A stretch of 64,000 bases of DNA from Thecamonas trahens ATCC 50062 (lineage: Eukaryota > Protista > Apusomonadida): the NCBI RefSeq assembly GCF_000142905.1, contig NW_013657613.1, positions 90,231 through 154,230 of the forward strand. Reading direction: 5' to 3'. Shown here in pieces: positions 51,720 to 62,305 of the stretch. Both the position numbers and the translations under genes were made by a program. Numbering within the stretch: position 1 is the first letter of the stretch; every line of letters begins with the position of its first letter. The notes below the pieces were generated by a model. It saw nothing but the letters and a program-made list of their open reading frames with translations, was not told the DNA's origin and made no database searches.

Positions 51720-53993
51720 ATGAAGCTCGCACTGACCTTTGTCGTCATTGTTGCGTGCATTGCCGCAGCACATGCTGACCTCGTACGTGGCATTGCCTAT
51801 ATGTATAGAGGGTGTTTGGGGTGTTTGCTGCGCCAGGGGGGGCGCTGGCGCTTTGTGCAGAGGCGAGGGTTGCAACCCCCGCAAGGGCGAACGACTGGCG
51901 TCCATCTACGCGTGAGGCTCGTTTTTTTCGAGTGTTCCATGGCGCTACGGGCGGATGTATGGGGAGGACGGGGCAGCCGAATGACCACCCCTTCGGTGAG
52001 TGTAGGGGAGAAGGCGTGCTACGTCCCACTCGGGACTTTGCGTGTGCCTCTAGCCTATTTTGCGCCTTTTGCAGGCGGGAGGGCGGGCTGGCGGGCGGGT
52101 GTGCGACCGGCCGCTCTGGCGTATTTTTTTGGGTTCGTCGGAAGACCCCCGTTGGCGTCAGCGGGCGGCGCGTAATTGGCGAAGCAGTGGAGGAAAGGGA
52201 CTTACGAGTCGGGCATGATGGGCGGCATGGCATGCGGCGGGATGGCTGCGGTGTGGGGACAGTACATGCACAGCCCGCGTGGCTCGAACAACCGCCTCGA
52301 TGAGGACAACCGCAACCGCAACGACGGGAACCGGCTGTTCGACTCGCAGAACAACAACAAGGGTGGTTACAACATGAACCAGATGGAGTACTACGGTGGC
52401 TCCGAGCTCCAGGTGGAGTGGACCAACCAGCACTCGTGCGGCGACGCCGCGGCCGAGTGCCAGATCATCATGCAGTACATGTGTGAGGACAACAACGGCG
52501 GCATTGGCATCCGTAACGGGCAGCAGCAGACCCGGATCCCGGAGAACAAGGACAAGGACCACAAGTTCGGTCGCCACGAGTCGGCGTCGTACTGGGCGGA
52601 CTGCAAGGCCCGCCAGCGCAACCTTGGCCTCTTCCTCGCCGACCAGAACATCCCCGAGGATGCGACTGCGATGCGGACTCGCCAGAACAACGACGAGAAC
52701 GCCAACAACCGCCGCCGTGGCTACGAGTGCCCGGAGGAGCGCGACTACTACCCGTACTGGCATCCGTCGCCGTGGAAGGATGTCGCGATCTTCACCTCGC
52801 GCTCGGACGAGCTCTGCCCGATGTACCGCGCCGAGTCGCAGAACGTCAAGGGCAAGCACTACTGCACTGGTCTTCGCCAGGAGACGCCCGGCAACCCGAT
52901 CACCTCGGGCTCGGCTATCAACAACCAGGCTGAGTGCGAGGCTATTGCCGAGTTTGAGTGGGTTGAGGCGCCGGCCTGGGGCCTTCCCGCGCCGGCCTGC
53001 TTCCCGGACACCATGATCAAGTCGCGGATCAACCACCTCGGCAACGGCGTCGACGGGTGGCAGAACCGCTACGTGTGGCGCCTGCCCGCCGTCTCGCGCG
53101 AGCAGGTCTGCGTCTTCCGCATGCGGTACAACATCACCACGATGGACTACGACGGCTGGAACACGTACGCCGACATGAACGACAACGAGGACAACTACGC
53201 GTGGCAGGGCGACCCGACGGTCAACGTCGGCTCCGATGGCACCGACATCCTCCTCAAGCTCCGGATCTCGACGGACCAGATGGGCCGGACCTTCCAGGAC
53301 CGCACGTCGACGTTCATCATCAAGCCGTCGCCGGTCGAGGGCCGCATCATCAACCTCAACGTCATGGGCCAGCGCGGCAACATTGTCCAGAACTACCCGT
53401 CGGTTGAGTACGACTACGTGCCGACCATTGTGCGCGCCACGACCTCGACCTTTATTCACCGCCAGGTGACCGGCTCGAACACCACGCCCGACGGTGCCGG
53501 CAACGGCGCCGACGAGACGGACCGCTCCAACTTTGTTGAGCTTGCCAAGCCCGCCGAGGGCGCGGTCAAGACGTCGGCCGGCAACTACCCGGCGTACGCC
53601 GAGAACATCACCATGTTCAACCAGCCGATCAACAACAACGCTGCGTACGACATGGTCATCCACTGGTCGACCTACTCGCTCAACAACGACCAGCAGAACG
53701 AGGCCAACCCCTACCAGGACCTCGGCCTCATGCGCTACAGCTCGCCGGCGACCTACGAGTTCATGGCCACCCGCAACAACGACTTCTCCAACCGCTCGCA
53801 CAAGGGCCGCATTGAGGTCACCGATGGTGGCAGCGCCTCGCCTTCGCTCGACGCTGGCAAGATCGCCATCATCGCCGGTGCCTCGGTCGGTGGTGTCGTC
53901 GTCGTCGGTGGCGGTGCCGCCTACGTCGCCACCCACCGCTCCATGTTCTCGGGCATGGGCGGTGGCGCCAAGGCCCCTGCCGGCTACGCCTAA
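51720..53993 (+). CDS. DD3-3-family cell-surface protein; 2 exons
   Basis: Exon 51720-51782 (signal peptide), intron 51783-52262 (GTACGT...ACTTAC...CAG). Splicing gives ADLYMHSPRGSNNRL, then RLFDSQNNNKGGYN, EWTNQHSCG, GYECPEERDYYPYWHPSPW, GRTFQDR and TRNNDFSNRSHKG. C-terminal TM segment. Confidence 0.92.
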
Positions 53994-54149
53994 TCGTGGT
54001 CTGTCATCACACAATGAACAAGCCGATTTTCTTCAGCGTAGTGACCGGGCGCGCAAAGAAGAGGGGAGGGGGCATCTCTGTGGTCTTTGCCTGACAGGTG
54101 CGCACCAGGGAGGGGGGGGAGGAAATAGCAGCTGACTCGCAGAGCGCGA

Positions 54150-56433
54150 ATGATGTCAAGGTGGACAAGTCGGCGTAGACATGGTGTTGGCGGTGGTGGT
54201 GGTGGTGGTGGCGGTGGTCTGGTGGTGGCTCTGGCGGTGGCTCTGGTGGTGTGGCTCGGGGCAGAGGCTGTGGTTGGAGACGGGGCAGCTCTGTTTGAGG
54301 CGAGTGACTTTGCCCATCATCGGCAACTCTCTCCAGAGTACGACCTTTATTGGACGGTGGACAGGGCGAGTCAGCGAGTCATCTTCGGGGTCTCGGTCGA
54401 AGCAAGTGGTTGGGTCGGTCTCGGCATCTCGCCATCGGGTTCGATGGTCGGTGCGGACATGGTTGTCGGTGGCGTGGTCAGAGGGGAGGTGTATTTCTCG
54501 GTACGTTGGGAGCGGTGCGAGCGGGGAGGGGAGGGGAGGGGAGGATGGGGAAAGAGGCGGTGACTCATGTGAAGGAGGCTTGTATGCGGGTACAGGATCG
54601 GCATGGTGGGAGTGAGAACGGGTTCCCAGAAGCGGATGGCGACGGAACGCTGTGGGTGCTGGAGGGCGGGAGCGAGGAGGGCGGGCGGACGATGCTGCAG
54701 TTCTCGCGAGCAATTGGGGCATGTAATGCAGATGATGTGGCGATCGAAGCTGGGACGTCGCAGGTGGTGTATGGCTACACGTTGACGGCCGACGCGGACA
54801 GCTCGTTCTCGCCCGGCGTGTTTGTAAGCACGATGTGAGCGGCACGGCGTCGGTCAACCTGCTCACAGCCGGCCAGGGTACAGCAGCATTACCGGATGGT
54901 GCGGCCACGGGTGAGCTCCGCGCCGGCGGCGTGTTTGTGGGCGGGGCGACGACGACAATGTACGGGTGCTCGGGAGGCAAGCTCCCGGGCGACATCAAGT
55001 ACCATTTGATCGGATACACGCCTGTCATCCAGCCGACGAGCAACCATGGACGGGTCCACCATATGGTGGTATACGCGTGCCCAAAGACGATGGCGATCAA
55101 TGAGACAGCGTTTCTGGGGTGGCGGGGCGACTGCAACCGCGATGCGAGTATGCCGGCGGAGATGGCGCGGTGCAAGGAGGTTGGGCAGCCGATCATGGGC
55201 TTTGGGGTCGGCGGCGGCGGGGTGCGGTTCCCAGCGCATGTCGGACTTCCGTTTGGGCTCGGCGAGATAGCGTACGTAGTGCTGGAGATCCATTACGACA
55301 AGATGCAACCAGAGATGTTTGTGGACAACTCGGGGATCGACTTTCACTACATGGCGTCGTCGGGAGAGCGGCAGGACGCGGGTGCGTTCTGGACGGGCGC
55401 GGTGGGCTTTGTGGTCCCGCCGGGCCAGGCCGCGTTTGGCGTGGACGGAGTGAGCGCGAGCGAGTGCAGCGCGAGCGTGTTTCCGCCGCAGGGAGTGAGC
55501 ATCTTTGGCGCCTTTCCGCACACCCACTTGCTCGGACGGAGCGTGGTGGGCCGGCATGTGCGGAACGGGACGGAGTTGGCGCCGTATGCGTGGAACCCGC
55601 ACTTTGACTTTAACTTTCAGGCCTTTGAGTGGCCCGCGGACGAGATCCGTGTCCTGCCGGGCGATGAGCTTCATGTGCGATGCGAGTACGACTCGCGCGG
55701 GCGGAGCAGCGCGACGATGGAGGGGCCATCGACGCAGCACGAGATGTGCCTCGTCTCTGTGCTCTACTACCCTCGGGCGGCGCTGACGACTGCAGTTCAG
55801 ACGACCGAGTACGAGGTGGTCTTGCCAGAGTTTGCAGCGGCGCTCGAGGCCGGCGATGCGAGTCTAGAGGTGGCGCGGGTGCGGCGAGCGATGGAGGCGT
55901 ACCGCAACAAGACGAGCAGGGCCAGCGGCGACGACAGCATCGAGCCGCTCCGCAACCTCCGGATTGCGGCGTTCCTCAGCGAGGCCGGGGTCACCTGGAG
56001 CGCACTCCAGGTGGCACTGTGGAAGGAGGCGATGGCAGCTACTGAGGCGAGCGGGCGGGTGACGGCGTGCTTCGACGGGGCGGTGCCGCAGGTGTGGCCG
56101 TTGCCGTCTGCGCACCTCCCTCTTGTGACGACGCACTACACGCGGCCACAAAGCTGCGGACAGACACCTGTGACTACGCCGAGCATGGGCGATGCGCTCC
56201 AGCTCGACCGGCACCCGGGAACGTCGCGATCGGCCGTCCTCGGCTCTGTCATCCTCGCCTTGGCGCTCTGCTCGGTCTTCACCTGCGCGTTTGTGGCAGG
56301 AGTCTTTACCAGTGCGCGGCCCAAGTCGAGCATAGACGAGGGAGCAGTTGAGCTCGAGCGTCGGCGGTCCGAGTTTATGGAGCGAGTGGCATCCGAGAGC
56401 GTGGCATCGTCGATGGGCCAGACGAGAGTGTGA
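54150..56433 (+). CDS. DOMON + copper type-II ascorbate-dependent monooxygenase (DBH/MOXD1-like); 2 exons plus a 1-nt frameshift near 54826
   Basis: DOMON GWVGLGISPSGSMVGADMVVG. Intron 54501-54595 (GTACGT...ACTCAT...CAG). Copper ligands VHHM, EIHY, PHTHLLG and EMC, plus FDFNFQ. C-terminal TM segment. Confidence 0.9.
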
Positions 56434-56524
56434 CAGTGGTGATGGCGGCAGCTGTGCGGGTACTTGTCTTTGAGAGATTGGTGTCTGTCTGTGAAAGAGA
56501 GGGATCCATCTGGAGGAGGCAAGG

Positions 56525-57994
56525 ATGAGTGAGATGCAGTCGTTGTTGGATGTGCGGGAGAGGGCCGAGTATCTGTCTAAGGTATGGCCATAGGGTGTTG
56601 GGCGGGGTTGGGGGGCTGGGGGGGGTTGGGGTTGGGGTTGGGGTTGGGGTTGGGGTGAGGACTGACGTGTGTGCGTATATGTGTGTATGTGTATGTGTAT
56701 GCGTATGTATGGTTATGGTTGTGGTTGTGGTGGTTGTGGTTGTGGTGGTTGTGGTTGTGGTGGTTGTGGTTGTGGTTGTGGTTGTGGTGGTGGCGGTTGG
56801 TCGGCAACTCGGGACTTGGCGCCGGAAACCGGGGCGTGTGCGGATGTTGATGGGGGCAGATANNNNNNNNNNNNNNNNNNNNNNNNNNNNNNNNNNNNNN
56901 NNNNNNNNNNNNNNNNNNNNNNNNNNNNNNNNNNNNNNNNNNNNNNNNNNNNNNNNNNNNNNNNNNNNNNNNNNNNNNNNNNNNNNNNNNNNNNNNNNNN
57001 NNNNNNNNNNNNNNNNNNNNNNNNNNNNNNNNNNNNNNNNNNNNNNNNNNNNNNNNNNNNNNNNNNNNNNNNNNNNNNNNNNNNNNNNNNNNNNNNNNNN
57101 NNNNNNNNNNNNNNNNNNNCTGTCCAAGATGTGTGGGTGGATGCGGGTGGTGATGCTGGCTGATGGTTGCGGATGTGGTGGTGAACGGGGGCGGGCGTGG
57201 CGGGCTGGTGGGCTGGCGGGCTGGTGGGCTGGTGGGCTGGCGGGCTGGTGGGCTGGTGGGCTGGTGGGCTGGTGGGCTGGTGGGCTGGTGGGCTGGTGGG
57301 CGTACAGAACACGCTGCTGGATCGGGTGGCGTTGGTGGGTTCGCTGCCGGAGCCTGCACCGCCGGTGTCGGAGCTGAACGCCTACTTTGTCAACTTTTTC
57401 CGCGCACACACATCGTCCGAAGATGCCAAGGGCTCGTCGGGCTTGCTGCTGACGTTTGAGAGCTCTGTGCTTGTGGTTGTGGAGCACGCGCCCGAGGTTG
57501 TGGCGGCGTTGCTTCGCGAGCTGGCGGCGGGAGTGCCGTCGTCGACAACCGATGCCGAGGGCGAGACGGCGCCGCTGCTGGTGGGCGTCCGCCTGCTGGC
57601 GTTGGTGGAGGATATTCCGCGGAGACGGTTCCCGCTGTTTGCGGTGCGGGCGGTGACGCTCTCGCGGGCAGAGCGGTACGATCTCGATCTCGACGATGCT
57701 GTGGGTGTGGCGTCAACGACGTACGTTGCGCTGCTTAAGCTCGGCGACGTGCTTACGACCGAGTACGACAAGGGTTCGGACGCGCTGTCGCGGGCGCTCG
57801 ACTCGCTGCGGAGCAACGAGGCGACATCCAAGCTCATTCCAGTCACCTCGAGCATGAATGTCCTCCTCTCCTCCTCGGCGCTCTGTACGCTCGACGAGTA
57901 CATGGAGATCTACGAGGCGCCCGTCGACATTGCCCTCGACTCGGAGCTCCAGTATCCGCCCCCGTTTGATGGCTGGTGGTTCCACCTGTTGTAG
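56525..57994 (+). CDS. TEX47-like (BLUF-like fold) protein; 2 exons with the intron spanning a gap
   Basis: Exon 56525-56581 (MSEMQSLLDVRERAEYLSK|GTATGG) joins in phase 0 to CAG|57308 NTLLDRVALVG...SGLLL...VEDIPRRRF...EYMEIYEAPVDIALDSELQYP. The family is recalled from memory. Confidence 0.65.
56863..57119. other. Assembly gap
   Basis: Run of N. Confidence 1.
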
Positions 57995-58427
57995 ATGAAT
58001 GAAGACTGGGCGAGCACATGCTGTGTGTGGTTGTGTGGTTGTGTGGTTGTGTGGTTGTGTGTGGTTGTATGGTTGCGGATGTGGATGCGGATGTGGTTTG
58101 TGTCGCCCTTCTCCCTCCCCTCCCTCCCCTCCCCTCCCTCCCCTCCCCTCCCCTCCCCTCCCTCCCCTCCCCTCTGTCCCCGCTTGTCGCCGTCAAACCC
58201 TCTGCGGGTAATGGTTGTCGGTCGACTAATTGACCAGTCTCTTGTTCCATTAATGGTTCGTTGCCCTTGGTCGTATCACTTTGGTTGACGAACAACCGCC
58301 AACCGACCGAGACTGACACCGACACGACAACGACAACAGCGACCACACCTTCCATACCCTCCCCCCCCCCCCCCCCCCTCCCTCCTTCCTCGACCCACTC
58401 CACCTCCCTCCTCAACATTCGAAACAT

Positions 58428-59711
58428 ATGGCTTTGGAGCAGCACTCCTACGTGGTGGGCGGTGTCCGGTTCGACGTGGACCCGGCTTACACCTTGGAGA
58501 ACGCCATTCTTCTCGGAGAGGGCTCGTTCGGGCAGGTGGTGAAGGCGACACTCCGTGCGACGGGGCAGACGTTTGCGGTGAAGAAGATCAAGAACGTGTT
58601 TGACAACCTCATTGATGCCAAGCGGACTCTGCGGGAGCTGCGACTGCTGGCGCAGATGAACCATGAGAATGTCATCTCCATTCGCGACATCATGCCCATC
58701 GAGGACTTGGAGCAGTTTGTCTCGCTCTATCTCGTCACTGACTTGCTCGACACCGACTTGCACAACATCTGCGCTTCGAGCAATGTGCTGACCGACGACC
58801 ACTGCAAGTACATCATCTACCAGGTCCTCCGTGGTCTCAAGTATGTTCACTCGGCAGGCGTCATCCACCGTGACCTCAAGCCGTCCAACATCCTCATCAA
58901 CGCAAACTCGGACTGCCGCATCTGCGACTTTGGCCTTGCGCGCGTTGTCGACCACGACGACGACACTGCGTACTACACCTCGTATGTCGCCACGCGCTGG
59001 TACCGCGCACCCGAGGTCATTCTCGAGAAGGGCTGCTACTCTAAGGCTGTCGACGTCTGGTCCGTCGGCTGCATCCTCGCCGAGCTCCTCGGCCGCACCC
59101 CGCTCTTCCCCGGCCGCGACTCGGTCCAGCAGCTCTCGCTCATCACCGACGTGCTGGGCAACTTTTCGGCCGAGCAGGTCCGCAAGACGCGCAATCCCAA
59201 GGCGCGGGCGTTCATGCGGGCCATGCCGCGCAAGCGCGGGCGGTCGCTGTACGACATGTTCCCCTCGGCTAACCCGCAGGCCGTCGACCTCATGCAGCGC
59301 ATGCTCCACCTCGACCCGGACTACCGCATCTCGGTCGAGGAGGCGCTCGCCCACCCGTACCTCTCGCAGCTCCACTTGCCGTCTGACGAGCCCGTTGCCG
59401 CCTCCACCATCGACTTTAACTTTGAGGCCGCCCCGCTCACCGAGCCCATGCTCCGCGCCCTCATCTTCAACGAGATGCTGCGGTTCCATCCGGAGCTCGG
59501 CCAGTACATCGACAACATGTCGCCGACCGACGTTGTCGAGGCGCCTGAGATCACCGACATGGACCTCGAGGTCATGCGCGAGGCCCGCATGTCCGCCGCC
59601 ATCCTCGAGGCTGCCGAGAGCCTCGGCGAGGCCGACCTTGCCGCCGTTGACGCCGTCGTCTCGGACGACGAGTATCTCGGCGAGGACTCTATGTCGCAGG
59701 GCTCCGAATGA
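58428..59711 (+). CDS. Mitogen-activated protein kinase (ERK/plant-MPK-like), TSY activation loop
   Basis: Motifs GEGSFG, AVKKI, DAKRTLRELRLL, HRDLKPSN, ICDFGLAR, TSYVATRWYRAPE and EEALAHPYL. Confidence 0.96.
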   Translation: MALEQHSYVVGGVRFDVDPAYTLENAILLGEGSFGQVVKATLRATGQTFAVKKIKNVFDNLIDAKRTLRELRLLAQMNHENVISIRDIMPIEDLEQFVSLYLVTDLLDTDLHNICASSNVLTDDHCKYIIYQVLRGLKYVHSAGVIHRDLKPSNILINANSDCRICDFGLARVVDHDDDTAYYTSYVATRWYRAPEVILEKGCYSKAVDVWSVGCILAELLGRTPLFPGRDSVQQLSLITDVLGNFSAEQVRKTRNPKARAFMRAMPRKRGRSLYDMFPSANPQAVDLMQRMLHLDPDYRISVEEALAHPYLSQLHLPSDEPVAASTIDFNFEAAPLTEPMLRALIFNEMLRFHPELGQYIDNMSPTDVVEAPEITDMDLEVMREARMSAAILEAAESLGEADLAAVDAVVSDDEYLGEDSMSQGSE

Positions 59712-60185
59712 TGACGATCACAATGATGTTTTCCCTACGTATGAAATACCTCCCTCTGCATGTTACCCACAGTCTTGTGAAGCCAAGCATCGGCATGGGA
59801 TCATGTTGCCGGCTCGGCCTGCCGTTGGGTTGGCAGGCGGGAGCAGAGCGAGTCGAGGTGAGCGGGGTGGGAGGGAGAGGGCCAAGCCAAGCCAGGCCAG
59901 AGCACTGGCCGCGACTGCGACGGACTACCTGACTCTCCCAAAGTTGGCGAAGAGGAGGAAAGGCGTCCAGGTACACATAGTCTGTGGGTGTGAGCGTGAG
60001 TGTGAGTGTGAGCGGGTGTATCTCTGCTCTGCTCTGCTCTGCTGTGCGTGTGCTGGACAACGTTGACAAGGACGTGTGGCAGGTAGCGGACAAGTCGGAA
60101 CAGAGGTCGGCGAGGTAACGGCAGGCGGAAGCGAGGCAGTGACGGCTGTATTGGACGGGTTTGGTTGTACAACGATCGAGAAGGT

Positions 60186-62123
60186 ATGGCAGAGCTGGAC
60201 GAGGCCATCACATCGATTGATGCTGCTGTCAATCAGCGACTGATGCACGCCCTGTCGCTGGCTTCTAGCGGCTCGCAGGCTGGCCAGGCCGAGGGCGGTG
60301 GGTATGGTGGTGGAGAAGCAACGGGCTACCGTGATCATCAACAGACAGAGCTGCCTCGCGCGCAGCCGATGTCTTCGCACGGGCACTCGAGCTATACGAG
60401 GTATGGAGGACATGCGAGCCAGGCGCAGCCGATGTCGCAGTCGTACGCGACCGAGGCCAGATACGGAGCGAGCCGGTTTGCGAGCACGCCGGTTCCGAAT
60501 CGGGCCCGAGGCGGGGGCGTGCAGGCTGCCGAGACGGCGGGGATGATGGCGCAGCTCGAGGCGGAGCACCAGGCGCGGATGGCGGCCGAGCTGTCGGCGC
60601 AGCGGCTGGCGGCGCAGGTCGAGTCGATGGCGACGTCGCGGACGGCGCTGCAGAACCAGTCTCGGCACGAGATGGAGTTGCTAGCGGCACACGCGCGGTC
60701 GCTGCAGAGCCGCGCCGAGTCGTCCGAGGCGCGGGCGCGCGAGTCGCATCTCTCGGCGTCGCGGGCGCTGGAAGAGGCCCATGCCCGCATCGCCAGTCTG
60801 GAGAGCTCGTCAGCCGAGGCAGCGGCACGGGTGGAGACTCTGACGGCGAGCGCGGCTGCAGCCGAGGCTGCGGCCCATAACGCGCGGGCAGCGTTGGCGG
60901 CGACCAAGCGCGAGGCCGGCGGCGCGGTGGAGGCTGCCGAGCGCGAAGCAGCGCGGCTGCGGACCGAGGTGGCCGAGGCGACGGCTGCGATCCGTTCGCT
61001 TCGCGAGTCGCTGCAGACCAAGGAAAACGAGGCGCGGCGGGCGGGCGAGGCGCGCGACGAGGCGCGCGAAGCGCTGGCAGCGACGCAGGGCGAGTTGGTC
61101 CGGGTCCAGGCAAGGGCCGAGGAAGAAGAGTCGCTGCGGAAGGAGAGCGAGCTCGCACGCCAGCGGGCGGAAGGCACCGTTGCCCTGCTCGAGAGCCAGC
61201 TCGCGGCAGCCCGAGGTGAGCGCAAGCGGGAGACCAACGCACGCCACGAGCTGATGGCCAAGGCGGCGCGGACCGAGGCCGAGCTGGTCAACAAAGTCCA
61301 CACGGCCGAGCAGAGCGCGGCCGATGCGCGCGCCGAGGTCGACGCGCTCCGGGCGCAGCTGGCGGTTGCCCGCGAGGCCGGTACCCTCCATCACTCGTCA
61401 CAGTCGTCGGCGCTGGGCGTCATGCGCGACCGGTGCATGGCGCTTCAGGCCCGGATCGAGGAGGCGACGGCCACCATCACCTCGCTCGAGAACCAGCTGG
61501 CGTCGGTCCAGCTGGAGCGGGCGTCGCTGCAGGGTGAGGTGGCGCTGCTCCAGCGTCAAAAGGTTGAAGTTGAAGGCGTGGCGGCGGCGGCACGGGCGGC
61601 GGCGGCGCATGGCCAGGCCGACCAGGCCAAGCTTCTCTCCGAGTCTGAGACTGCCCGCTCGCTGTTCGAGCTCCAGTCGGAACTGGCTTCCAAGTCGGAG
61701 GCGCTCGAGCGCGCCGAGGCCACCGTCGCCGCTCTCGAGGATCAGAACGGTCAGCTCGAGGCCTTTGTGGCGGCGCTCACTGCGCAGCTCAACAGTGCGC
61801 ATCGCTCGCCCGCGGCTGCGGCCGCGCCTGCGGCTTCAGCTGCGGCTGCTGCCGTGCCTGCGTCCCACGCGCCATCCCCGATCCGACTTGCCTCGCCGCG
61901 TAGCTGGCGGCCGCCGCCGCCGCGGCACCCACCGGTCCGATCGCCTGCAGCAGGCATGTCGGCGGCTGCTGTCTCTGCGGCAGCGGCGTCCGCAGCAGCA
62001 ACCGCAGCATCTGCGGCAGGCACTCGCGGTCGCCGCTCTGTTCCGCCACCATCATCCCCATCGAGCCACTCTGTCCGCTCTGATGACCCGCTTCCGCGGC
62101 GGCCACAGCTGTTGCCAATGTGA
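60186..62123 (+). CDS. Long coiled-coil hypothetical protein
   Basis: About 645-aa ORF with A/E/R/L heptad-rich sequence and a Pro-rich tail. Confidence 0.8.
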   Translation: MAELDEAITSIDAAVNQRLMHALSLASSGSQAGQAEGGGYGGGEATGYRDHQQTELPRAQPMSSHGHSSYTRYGGHASQAQPMSQSYATEARYGASRFASTPVPNRARGGGVQAAETAGMMAQLEAEHQARMAAELSAQRLAAQVESMATSRTALQNQSRHEMELLAAHARSLQSRAESSEARARESHLSASRALEEAHARIASLESSSAEAAARVETLTASAAAAEAAAHNARAALAATKREAGGAVEAAEREAARLRTEVAEATAAIRSLRESLQTKENEARRAGEARDEAREALAATQGELVRVQARAEEEESLRKESELARQRAEGTVALLESQLAAARGERKRETNARHELMAKAARTEAELVNKVHTAEQSAADARAEVDALRAQLAVAREAGTLHHSSQSSALGVMRDRCMALQARIEEATATITSLENQLASVQLERASLQGEVALLQRQKVEVEGVAAAARAAAAHGQADQAKLLSESETARSLFELQSELASKSEALERAEATVAALEDQNGQLEAFVAALTAQLNSAHRSPAAAAAPAASAAAAAVPASHAPSPIRLASPRSWRPPPPRHPPVRSPAAGMSAAAVSAAAASAAATAASAAGTRGRRSVPPPSSPSSHSVRSDDPLPRRPQLLPM

Positions 62124-62305
62124 CCATGGCTGAACGATAAAAAAGAATTATGGGAACAATGGATGACGTAAATGGAACGTCGTCGTCGCCAGTGATTGAG
62201 TGAGACAGAGAGAGAGAGAGGGAGAGAGGACGAAGCGAACTGACGGAATGCTGACCAACGAGCTAACGACGACGACGACGGTACATCTCTTTGAGAAGGA
62301 CAGAC

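Noticed and set aside
52158-54014. 618-aa antisense ORF (similarly 57843-59489, 6177-7211 and 13072-14028)
   Set aside because: These are shadows of strongly GC3-biased sense genes with no recognisable motifs.
2808-57994. Flagellar gene cluster or RFX regulon (Trx, roadblock, NEK, TEX47-like)
   Set aside because: The genes are dispersed and I found no convincing X-box upstream of them.
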